A DNA stretch of 64,000 nucleotides, taken from assembly GCA_977016875.1 (NCBI GenBank), contig CDRNST010000310.1, positions 1,240,001 to 1,304,000 on the forward strand, given 5' to 3'. The position numbers and the translations under genes are program-made. The DNA comes from Pavona decussata. Taxonomy: Eukaryota. Shown here one piece after another: positions 52,001 through 63,262 of the stretch. The notes below the pieces were generated by a model. That model did not search any database. It was given only the letters and a program-made list of their open reading frames with translations, and was not told the origin of the DNA. Each line of letters starts with the position of its first letter. Positions within the stretch are counted from its first letter, which is position 1.

Positions 52001-54530
52001 ATTCCTTATTTCTGAGACTCAAGTCAGATGAATGCATCGATAGATAAAGGCAGGATAGGACTTGCCTTCTATAGAAAATTTTATTATATTGTTGACATTG
52101 ATGTTGACCAACATTGTACAATTTATATCAGAAGACACAAGAAAAAAATGTTTCAAACATTTCTTGGAAGTGAGTTTCAACCTTCCATACATTGCTAGAT
52201 AAAGGTAATGGTGTACAGAAATTAATTGTGTATGACGTTCCATGCAATAGACACATTTCCCTTGGCATCTACTGTTTTAAAGGTGATTTTTTACCCCTGC
52301 AATCAAAACTTTTGTGGATCCACCCCTGATCTCAGGTATTTCTGTTATTTTTTGTGATTGTCACTAGTGGTGGACTGGTGGTGATAACTGGTGATGGTGG
52401 TACCCGGGTGGTATTCGGTACTAAACTTGGTCTTACTTGTGTCAGTGGTAGTAGTTTTCAGTGTTCATTGCCAGTATGAAAGTGGATTTAATTCTGTTGT
52501 GCTCGCATTGATATTGCATGTGCTATAACGGTTGTACATATCATAGACTTCGAGCTTCTGTCGTGGCTATGGCAGTATTGATTGAAGTCCCAGTTAGATG
52601 CTTTTGTAGTGTTAGATATGATTTACTTTGTAAAAATCGTACCTAGTAATAGTTGAACGGTGCTTATTATTTTGCCTGTTCATTGGCAGTAATTGAGTAC
52701 TTGGTAAGTAAAAGTTGTCTAAGTTGTGTAATGGTCATTGTAATTGTCTGAGTAGTAGAGGTACTTGTTCAAGTTGCAGTTTGTAGTGTTTTTTGTAGGT
52801 AATTGTCAGTTGTGGTTGAGAGCTGTTGATGTGTTTCTGATTTTCATTGGTGGTTGCTGTGATAGTTGCTTGTAGTGGAAAATATGTATGATGTATTAGT
52901 TACAGTAAGGTAGTCATACTTGTGATGGCAGCCCACCATTACATAGAGTGTCAGTCATGATGTCAGTAGCCATGATCATGAATGCGTTAATCATATTTTT
53001 GTCCTGGCAGTGATTGAGGTTTCATAAGAGGATGTGTTAATGGTAAGTGGATTGAAGCAAGACTCTGACAATTGTGTCAAAAGGTTCTTGCCATGACATG
53101 GGTTTTATCACTGTCATAATGGCTGAAGATGACACGGTGGTGGTATTAGAGATTAAGGTGATTTTAGCGGTTGTAGTAGTGTTTGCTGCTGTTCTGACAC
53201 TAGTGATTCCAGTACAGTGGTAGAACTAATTGTTACTGATATCAGTCAGTAATAATTGTAATGTGATTAAGATAAAAAGTAATTGTACATGTGGCAGTGG
53301 TAGTGGTGCATGTTGGTTATGGTACTAGGCTAGAGTTACCGGCGTCAAGTTTAATATGACAGTAGTTGCAGTTGTGTTAAGTCGGTAATGATGGTGTTAT
53401 GATGGGTGTGGTTGTAGCTGTCTTAGTAGGTAGTTGTGGTATATGTACTTGCTGTAGTAATTGGGATGGCTTTGATGGTGGTAGAAGTTCTGTGTTCCAG
53501 ACAATCGACCGTTTATCAAGCACGAAATAAGGCCGGCACAGATCATGACAAAAGAAACAATTTCGGTATACTTATATTGCATCAATGGCACTGGCCCGAT
53601 GAAGTTGTGCGTAAAATAAGGAAAAATGTGTTGTCGTAACCCTACAAGCTATTGCATTTACAAGCCAGTGAGTGGAGTTGCATGAGTCACTATAAGACAG
53701 GAGTGTTATACAAAGTTATGTGAAGCTGAAATATCCAAGGGCGAAGGTAGCACAGTAGAAAATGTACTGTCAATGCAGCATTTAATACCAAATTGCGTGA
53801 AGTTAAAATTTTGGTTTAGTGAGATCTTGCATTGCTTGAAGGTTAGTTTAGTTGACCGACAAGAAGGGAGCTGTTCTATAACTGAAAACAGTGAGTCCAT
53901 GAAAGAGGTGCTTTTGGGGTATTAGGAGGGAGTCTAGGTTGCAGATGTACTGTACTTGTGTCAGTTTAGAATATAGTCAAAGGATGTGTCAGCCAACCGG
54001 CGAAAACCTGATCTTTGTATCGAAAACATTCATGTTTGAGTGTGGGCCTGGGTGATGTGAGAGTTATCTGTTGAGTGGAGGTCTGCGTGCTGACAATGTA
54101 GGAAGGAGTTAACGATATTAATGACTCGGTGAGTTGCTGGAGTCAGTCGACGGCCGGAGTGCGGAACCTTCGTCAGTGTACGCTTCAACATGGCAGCAAT
54201 AAACGTGAGCCGACTTAACCGATATAAATTAATTCTAAACATTTAAATAGTTTGTTTTCTTTAGACTACAGATGAAGTGAGTTGTGGTGGTAGAATGAAT
54301 TGAAGAAAGGTTTCTTGCCTAAAGGAAACCAGCTATTGAGCTACCAAATTTCAAACAATTTAGGCGCTCGCTAGTCGACCACCTGCACTTGTCAATTGAT
54401 AAATTGCAGTTGGACAACTTACAGACAAGCATTTAATTTTATGTAAATAAAAACAAAACGAAAAAAGGATATATGTCGCTCACCTTTGAAAACTAAATTG
54501 TTTTATTTACTAGTTTTATTACAGGATGAG

Positions 54531-55181
54531 CTATCGTTTAAAGTTGATGGTGCATGTTAAGTTTTTCTTAAGAAGACAACTGTTCACTTGAGAAATTTCA
54601 AGGCACTGAACATGATAGTTCCTTTCAAAGTTATTGTCCCAAAACTCGTATCCACCGACACGGTAGCGAATTGCAAATTCAATTTGCAGATCAACTTCAA
54701 AATCTACCGGAGCTGTAATTCGAAAGCTAAATTGTTCCGTTTTTCCATCCAGATTTGAGGACAAATAATCCGCCCAAACATCTCGGAAGTTAATCCAGCC
54801 GTCAAGCGTATATCTCGCTGTCACCTCTTTACCAAAACCTATGTTTGTCACTCGTATAACCCCCGTAACAACCATATCATCGCAAGAGATACTTTCGAGA
54901 CAAACGTTCTGTTTAAAGACGCGCTCCATGAAAGAATCTGTTTGACATGGCTCAGCGAAACTTGGCGACAGGTATTTCATTCTCTGTCGTGAAGTGTGCA
55001 TGTGTAAGCCGCAGCTAGCGCTGTTGTTGTCTGTGGTTGTATGGCAGACAGTCACGTCATCTTCTCTGCTGTATGGAGGTATGGTTTTCACGTTCTCAAG
55101 GGCGAAACCAAAGCTGTCTGCAAAAGAAACCTTCTTCTTTATCGACCTCGTTGGAGTAGAGTTTCTGCTGGGCTCATTCAT
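54531..55181 (-). CDS. PPP1R3: PPP1R3-family subunit, array copy A6, 216 aa with C-terminal read-through
   Basis: All motifs intact. A 1-nt insertion just before the normal stop (tgttcacttgag vs tgttcactgag) adds 18 aa; there is also a 2-aa linker insertion (NNSASCG). Confidence 0.88.
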   Translation of the reverse strand: MNEPSRNSTPTRSIKKKVSFADSFGFALENVKTIPPYSREDDVTVCHTTTDNNSASCGLHMHTSRQRMKYLSPSFAEPCQTDSFMERVFKQNVCLESISCDDMVVTGVIRVTNIGFGKEVTARYTLDGWINFRDVWADYLSSNLDGKTEQFSFRITAPVDFEVDLQIEFAIRYRVGGYEFWDNNFERNYHVQCLEISQVNSCLLKKNLTCTINFKR

Positions 55182-55274
55182 AAGCTTTCCGACTTGAGGT
55201 AATCACTTTAGTCACGAATTTGGGTGGCCAGCTACAATATACAAACCCGGCATAATGATGAATGTAATTTGCGC

Positions 55275-55308
55275 TTTATAATTGCCACTTCGGAATCTTG
55301 TGACGTCA
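55275..55308 (-). promoter_or_regulatory. CRE+TATA of A6
   Basis: TGACGTCA 55301-55308; TATAAA 55275-55280. Confidence 0.7.
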
Positions 55309-55528
55309 TCTCTTGAAAGTTCGTCTTATATTAAAATGCTACAGATCGATACAGATGAACCGATTTGAATTTCCGGTAAGGATAACGGAATGAAACGTAA
55401 GTAACCGATTTCAACAAACGTCTAAAACCTCACAACTGATGGAACGGCTGTTAGTCTCAAAGTTAAGCACAAATTTTAAATCCGCTAAGCTTGCACATTC
55501 CGTGGATAAGGAAGTTGATGAACTTTTT

Positions 55529-55642
55529 AGTTGGTAGAGCACTACACCGGTATTGCAGAGGTTATGGGTTTGCATCCCGTTCAATCCCGAATTTTTTCAG
55601 GCGTTCTTTTCGCAACTACTAACGTTGCGTACAGAACTTCGA
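55529..55642 (+). mobile_element. tRNA-derived SINE fragment, unit A6
   Basis: Degenerate copy at the homologous position. Confidence 0.65.
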
Positions 55643-56069
55643 TAGTCATTCACTTATTTATGTTCAGTTTTGTTTAGTAATTCTTGTTTTAAGAACCCAG
55701 AACATAGTACACATAACCCCGATTCCATCGAAAAAGACAAAAGATACTTTCGTGCGGGTTGACACGGTTTTCCGTTTACCATTGCTTTTATATCATGCAG
55801 GATTTCATTCAACTAGTTTTCCTGATTTCTATGTGGTAAAGGTTTTAACTTTCTTAAAACCAATATTTAAGTTTAAGACCTGTATTGGTGATGCAACAGT
55901 GTAAATAGTCAGTGTGATTTCATGATTCAAGAAACTTTTATAATTGCGTCAAAAGTAGCGAGCTCAGTGCAAGATGCAAAAACATTTTTGGTTCAACCAG
56001 TCTCTTGTTTCAACCCAGTCCTTAACAATATTCAGCCTGTCATTGACCAAAAGCTTAGTCAATAATTTA

Positions 56070-57835
56070 GTGTTCAATGTGATTTCTACTGAGTTGTTCT
56101 TTACCCAGCAGGGAATTTCCTTTGTATATCTCTGCATGCTGTCTTTATGATCGTGTCTCGCAACGACGAAACGGTCAACTGTGCTTCCGGCTCAGCAAAC
56201 ATGCCTTACTGATACACGTGCGGGCATACACGACTAAGTACTGAGTTTGCTGCTAACCGGCTCTAAGCCCATTTATTTTGCTGATAATTATTGTAATTAT
56301 TATACTGCTGTAAGCGTCTTCCTTGCTCTAAGCATCTTAGGTTAGTTTTCACATTGTATCAGTAGTTTTAAGCATAGCCTTGAGGTATAACTAAAGCAAG
56401 ATGCTATGCCTTTTCTTTAGGGAAGATTAACATCTAGTGTTCTTGATTTGTGTTGCAACAAAACAGCAAATCTACAGTAAAAAAGATAAATTTTAAAGAA
56501 CATTTCTTTGTGGCATTGTCATATTGTAGGGCAAAGAGACTTGGTAAAGTTTTGTGACATTGTTTTAGAGAGAAGCACTGAAACAACCTACTGTTGTTTT
56601 GGTCAATGTGTTTACTAAAACTGTAATTCAAGGTGATGTAGCTTTCCCTGCAGTAGTGGCTTGTGCTTGTCCACTCTTTTTAGGGCTTAAGAACATTTTG
56701 TTTTAAGTTTTAATAAGTTTATTGCTTCAATCACATCATTCAATTTACAGTTAATATTCTAGTACTACACGTGAAGAGGGAAGCTACAGAATAGCTCTAG
56801 AAGAGTAGCAGAGAATTCTTGAAATTATAAATCTCTTCAGAAATTGGAAATTGGGTCAACTGCAACACATATACAACTAATAGTTGTATATGTAATAACG
56901 TTTTTGGATTGTTGTTCCTGCACCTTTTCCGTAGAAATATATTAACACCGGCTTAACCCAAACTGATGCTAGAACTTCAGAGTTATGCTTAATATATTTT
57001 CATTTGAGGGTTATGCTTAGTGCTCAATGTGATTTCTTCGGAGTTGTTCTTTACCAACTGAAGCAGAGAATTTTCTTTGTACATCTCTGCATGCTGCCTT
57101 AATGACCGTGTCTTGCGACGATAAAGCCTTGCTTCCGGCTCAACAAACATGCGGTTATACTGATAGTTCAAAGTTTGGCCGGCACACATGCCGGCATACA
57201 CGACTTACTAGTTAGTTTGTTGCCAACCGTCTCTAAGCCCACGTATTTTCAGTTGCTGATAATTATTATAATTATTACACTACTTTAAAAGTCTTCTTGT
57301 ACTTGGCATCTTAGGTTAGTCCGCACATTGTATCAGTAACTTTAAGCATAGCTTTGAGATGTGACTTTTAGCAAGACTTTGATATAATGCCTTTTCTTTA
57401 GGAAACTGGTGAAACGAAGATTAGCGTCTAGGGTTCTTCATTTTTGTGGCTACAAAACAACAAATTTATAGTAAAAACTATGTTCCAATAACATTTCTTT
57501 GTGGCTTTGTCATATTTTAAAGCGGAGAGATTTAAATTTTTGTGACATTTTTTAACGAGCAGCACTGAAACAAACTACTGGTGTTTTGGTCAATGTTTTT
57601 ACCAAAACTGTAATTCAAGGTGATGCCATTTTCCCTAGAGTAGTGGCTTGTGCTTGTCCACTTTGGGAGAGTTGAAGAACATCATAAAGTTTTAAGTTTT
57701 AATAACTTTATTGCTTCCATCACATCATACTATTTACAGTTAATATTCTAGTACGGTATGTGTTGAAGGAGTCTATAGAAATGTAGAGAATGCTTGAAAT
57801 TGTACTGAGATCTCTTCAGAAATTGGAAATTGGGC
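56070..57835. repeat. Older diverged tandem duplication (56070-56856 vs 57020-57835); partial copies in upstream units
   Basis: Colinear anchors caatgtgatttct, tgtatcagta, agtagtggcttgtgcttgtcca, tttacagttaatattctagtac and atctcttcagaaattggaaattggg. Confidence 0.8.
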
Positions 57836-59710
57836 TCATTGCAAAACTGAGAGCCATATTTAACTGTTGTTAGTTATGGCCTTAATAAATGCATTCAACA
57901 TTATTAACAATAATTACAATAGAACTCTCTGAAAAAAATTGTCACATAGGCAACAAAGTAAAAGAAAAAAATATAAAGCAACAGTTTATTCATTAGAATA
58001 AAGAGACATCATTTGCTACTGCTGTTTCTCTTCAGTGTTGATTCTATTCCTTTTAACGAGTAACATGATTTTACAAAGAAAGTATTTCTGGGATCAGTCT
58101 AGAAACCTTTTTGTCAGCCGGGTTTGACCGCTTCAGTTCACGCTATTGATTTGTACATCAGTTTTCCTAACCATTCACGTATGGTGCCATAATTCATGAG
58201 AGTGACATCCATACTCGATCTCTATATTAGGGTTTATACAGGATTTCGAGAAGGTATGGTGTATAATTGCCTCAACTGTACAATTTTAATAAAGCGGTCT
58301 CTTGTACTACTCCTCACCTCCTATTGTAGTTAGAAAGACATTCAAATCCCTGAGCTCATTTACACTGCTCCATTCAGTATAGACTGATGCTAACTGAAGC
58401 TACACGAAGAATGCATGACAAGCAACAATTGAAGTGAATTGGTACTATGATGTTTTCAATACATAAAGCAGCCGGACTTTCACAACATTTTTGAGGTGGC
58501 GTTAAAAAGCACCTCAACCCACTGGAAAGCTTTTACACACTTAAAGACTTTCGAGAAAAGATAGATGGAGCATTTTGATTTGATGCAGTATCCTGAACAT
58601 AAATCGTGAGACTCAAGGAACGTGAATGACAAACTTTGCCGGAATTTGGTTTCTTTTATTGTACTTTTTTAGTTAGTAACTGAAAAATCAATCAGTTACA
58701 CTCCAGTGAAGGTATTCTTGGACCTGTTAATCGCTACAAATGCTGCAAAAGCAGGTATATTTAACTGCCAATAGGTAATTATCATTGGCCAAAGCCGTCC
58801 GGTAGAGATAATAACAAAGATTATAGGCAAGGCAGTTGTTTACATATACTTGTACTAAAATCTGATCGCATATGCTTCATTATTTTTGTTGTATAGCAAT
58901 TTGACGATTGAGAGATATTTCAGTTTCATTAAAACGGAGAAAAGACGAGTCAGGAGTGCATCAGTGTCTTGAAGCCTTCAACAACAACAACATATGCCCA
59001 GAAGGTGCATTGGTTACGGTCATCGTGCTGATAGCATGACGAAGAAAGCACTCTGCGAGCCTTGAACGCACGCAAGAAAGCTAACACTCTTCGCAACAGT
59101 GCGCCGAGTATTCTCGGAAGAAATAAACTTCTCCAAACACAATATACGTGCGATATTCTTTTAAATGCTATCAGTTGTTTTTCAGAAAATAACCTCTTTT
59201 CACTTAGGGTTCATTGAAAACAATATGACATGGCAGGTTGAACATCGCGATATTTTGTTTACTCACGAAGTGTTTATCCAAGTGTGGCCGTAAAATTCAC
59301 TGTTTCAGTGAGTCAGGGATTAACTATGGATCTGTTCTGACCAAACCGTGACTAAATCTGCCAAATGACATAATTCTTTTATCATAAAATTTGCATTTTA
59401 TTTCGAGATGTCGGTCTTCTATTCATTCACGATTTACTCCTTGAAGCACAAAGGTCAGTTTTGGCCGCCATTGACGTGTTTTTCTTACTACGATTGCTTG
59501 GCGGTAAAAAGTAGAACCAGGTTTTAAACGTGCTTTTCACAACTGAACTCTCATCAGTCTGAGTTAATGTTTCGGAAACAATATATATTAACACAGTTTA
59601 GAGCAATTTCTAATTTTTACAATGTAATCTTCGGTCTAATTATTCGCACAAACAAATGTTTATATTGCAAACCTGTCGTTTGCTGTTGATAATTTACGTT
59701 TTTTTCTCGA

Positions 59711-60657
59711 GAACGCCGTTTGCTATCCTCATGTCTCTTAATATAAATCAAGAGTATTTCATACGCTTGATTATGACTTTTCAAGTCAAAACATTTTACT
59801 TTTAGTCGTAAGTTTCCATACGAGGCTTTATAGACGAATACACAAGTTTAGTTCAGAGTCTTTGGTACATTGAAACTATTACTATCAGCCTCATCGAAAA
59901 TGAGGTACCCCTGGCCGGCGGATGGGCCGAAATGCACAATTGACTTGTTAAATTTTACTTTGGAGACAATGTTTCTCTCACAGTTTGGTCTAAAACCGGT
60001 CATGACTGGATCTCCAAACACTGTACATGGTAATTTTTTCCGTCGTTGTTATCCCAGAACTCTTGGTTCAACACTCGATAGCAAATCGCAAACTGCATGT
60101 GCCGATTTACTTCAAAGTCAAACGGAACTGTGATGCGGAAGGTGAACTTGTCGGTCTTCCCGTCCGAGCAAGAAGACATGTAATCAGTCCAAATATCCCG
60201 ATAATTCTTCCAGCCATCGAGTGTGAATCGCACAGTCACTTCTTTTCTGTAGGATAAATTCGTCACTCGAATAAGTCCACTTACAACGAACTTTTCACAT
60301 GCAATGTTCTCAAGGCAGACATTTTGGCTGTACAAGCGCCGCATGAAACCGTCAATTCTCGAAGGCGCAACGAAGCAAGGTAGCAAACATTTCTTTGGTT
60401 CAACCCGCGGGATGTTTCCGTTGATATCGCAATGGTCTTTCCGAGCATCAGCGACGTTACGTAAGTCGCACAGGTTGTCTTCACTGCTGCACGGTGTTAT
60501 AGTTTTAACGAACTCGAGCTTGAGACCAACAAGGTCTGCAAAACAGACTTTTTTCGGGCTGGTTGGCGCAGTACTCTTTTGTTGCGTGTCAGTCTTCATG
60601 GCCGCACTGAGGTTTCAGTCTTAAATAATGTCTAACCGTTCAAGCGTGGATCCGTGT
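59711..60657. repeat. Right copy of the ~950 bp direct repeat (G9 plus 3' flank)
   Basis: Colinear with 6854-7805. Confidence 0.9.
60000..60599 (-). CDS. PPP1R3: PPP1R3-family subunit G9, 199 aa, close paralog of 7142..7753
   Basis: KKVCFAD plus CBM21; the C-terminal ~140 aa differ from G2 at only a few positions. Confidence 0.92.
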   Translation of the reverse strand: MKTDTQQKSTAPTSPKKVCFADLVGLKLEFVKTITPCSSEDNLCDLRNVADARKDHCDINGNIPRVEPKKCLLPCFVAPSRIDGFMRRLYSQNVCLENIACEKFVVSGLIRVTNLSYRKEVTVRFTLDGWKNYRDIWTDYMSSCSDGKTDKFTFRITVPFDFEVNRHMQFAICYRVLNQEFWDNNDGKNYHVQCLEIQS

Positions 60658-63085
60658 TCCACTTTTTGGCCAGTGATATTTATTGCTGCAGCTGAAATCC
60701 GGTCTGATCGTGTGGTCGGCTGTCAGAAATCGTGGCCTATTTCGGAGTCGTTCGGGTGGATTCGAGCTGCAACGAAAACATTTCAACTGTCATCGGGATG
60801 ACTGGCACATGCAGTGTCAGTTTTTAGCGCGCGATAACGGCTAACAAATTTTTCAATCGAGATTTGAAAAAAAAACGTTAGTTCTCTATAAGGCATATAG
60901 CAGTTGTACTTACAAATATCACAGGGTCTTTTCCTCCGTGGTCCTTAGTGCGAGCAATGTACACAGCCTCAGTTTCAGTCCCCAGTTAGTCGCAAATACG
61001 TACGTATTTTGCTACAGCGCGCTCAGTTCTTTGCGCGTGCTGAGATATATCTGGGTTACAAAGAGTCTGTGACGAACCCAGTTATATAGTCGTTTTGACA
61101 AGAGGTCAAGCGAAATGTCACGAACGATCGTGGCTCAACACATGAATGTGTAAACAACCTATCGCTACCAAAATAAAGCTTGAAATAGTCAGGGCAACCT
61201 GCTTAAAATCAAGGTCTGCTTTATAAAAGTAGGAACTTGGTATTTTTTCTTTAGAGAAATGTCTCAAAGATCCAGCGTAAGTGTGTGTAATGATCGTGGA
61301 TTAATGACGAACAAAGACAAAAATAATCTCTCGTATGCAAATCGTATCCAAACGGACACATCCTCGCCAAATAATGCATGCAATGTCCAATTTATGACGT
61401 CACACGTCTAAAAGTTAAAAAATCGTGCGAGAAAGCATATCCCATCATCGTGCATCTAAAAATGTCTGATTGTTGTTCAATTCTTTCTCGCTTTAATCTT
61501 TTAACCAGCGAGAGAAAAACATAAACAAAGAAAGAAAACCGCGCTTACTCCTTTTTTTTTAACAGTTCGCCCTCATTTACAATATGCATTCTCTGAGCTC
61601 GCAAAATTGCCCTCGCTGACGTAATGTAAACAGTTCATTGGATCTATTTAAAAGGTTGGGGTGAGTTTGATGACATCCTGATTAAAACTTATTCGCCTGC
61701 GGATGCTCGTTTTGTCGCAACATTTCTTTCATTGCCGTTGTTTTGTTCAAAATATTGATAAACGAATTTGGTTTTTAAGGCCACTTCTTAAATTTAATAA
61801 TTTTGATAAATTAAAAAGTTTCTGTTTCATGAAAATGCATGCTCATCCGCACGTTCTAATTTTATCAAGAGGCTTCTGTTGACCCTATTTGAGCTCAACA
61901 ATATCCAGCATGAATGCTGTTGTTCCGCCGTGCGGCCCAAAAGGTCAGTTCAACGCTGCACCACTCCCGTTAAAAGGAATTCACAGTATCTTATAAACTT
62001 TAAAATTTTAGCTTTGCTGAACAAGTTTACTAGAATTCCCTTTCGAATTATTTTTAAATGTATCCCGTTTCGGTTTTGCTTTCTTTTCTTATAAACACAC
62101 GCGTGGTATTACAAACTATAAAAGGGGGACCGATGGACACCACTTTTCGGTTTTTTTTTTTTTTTTTGTCAGTATAGGTTGAACACTTTGAAGATCAATG
62201 ATTTTGTTTGGCGGAACTGAACAACAAAACGCCTTGAGCACTAGGGTTTCTTTGTTTACAGAAAAACACGTTTATTTTCGTTAAACCGATAGGAATCGAA
62301 AACATTTTAATGGAGAAAAGAGATGCAATTGAAAGCGTGAATTTATAAATTTCATTTCTGGGGAGTTGTCTTGACTGTTCTTACCAAACTGATGATATTT
62401 TTGAACGGTTTTCGAGCAAGAACCTTCAGTGCTAATCATTTACAGGAACAGTACATGAGGCTATATATAGACAGCACCGGCATTCTACTGTCTGTAACTC
62501 TCATTGTCTGATATGACAGCATGAAATATTTTCCCGCGACTGCACGTCAGTGTTGATATAACAACAGAAATGTTGAATAATGCCGAATTATTGAACTTTC
62601 ATTTATTGTTAGCCCTAGGCTGGCTTGGTATATTGTTTAGGTTACAATCTGTCATTGCAGTTCAGGCTGAGCGGCATCGGTCGGTGTTTTCAAAAGGCGT
62701 CAACGTAAAGTAATTTAAAAATTACTCATGAGCAATAAAATACTCAAATGTGTCAAATGTAAACTCATCAGTAGATTATAATGTTTAATTGAAAAAAAGT
62801 ACAGCATAGGCAGATTCTGTTTGCATTATTGTATATCTGCTAGTCGACTTTTGTTTGGAAGAAGAAAATGAACAAACGCGTCAACTTCCTCGACCAAGTG
62901 CCGAGCGACGCATTAAATCAGTTCGAAGCGAGAAAGATATTTTTGTTTTGGAGGTATTGTTCTGTTTCTGCCACGGTAATGAAAGTTTTACGGTGCTTCT
63001 CGTGACCAGGTTATTTCAATTTTCCGCAAATATCTGAGCTCGTCAATTAAGGGTGAAGGGTAAGGGTATTAAATAAGGGATCTCT

Positions 63086-63262
63086 CATCTTCGGAGATCC
63101 AGACAGGAGTAGATGATTGGGTCAGGACGGAAGTCAAGACTGGTAAGTTGACAAGAAAGAACGAACGAGCGCGCGGTCTTTTGTTCGTTCTTGTAAACTT
63201 ACCCGTTTTGACTTCCTTCTGAGCCAACTCATGATCTGCTCCTGCCTGGGTCTCCGAGGATA
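63086..63262. mobile_element. Hairpin-type MITE (~175 bp imperfect inverted repeat)
   Basis: catcttcggagatccagacaggagtagat...gaagtcaagactggtaagttgacaagaa is inverted to ttcttgtaaacttacccgttttgacttc...atctgctcctgcctgggtctccgaggat. Confidence 0.7.

Larger units (their letters stand above)
9360..57270. repeat. Tandem segmental-duplication array, six gene-bearing units
   Basis: Start codons at 17531, 23999, 31085, 38358, 45599 and 55181 (spacings 6468, 7086, 7273, 7241, 9582). All intergenic modules recur in the same order. Boundaries are approximate. Confidence 0.93.
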
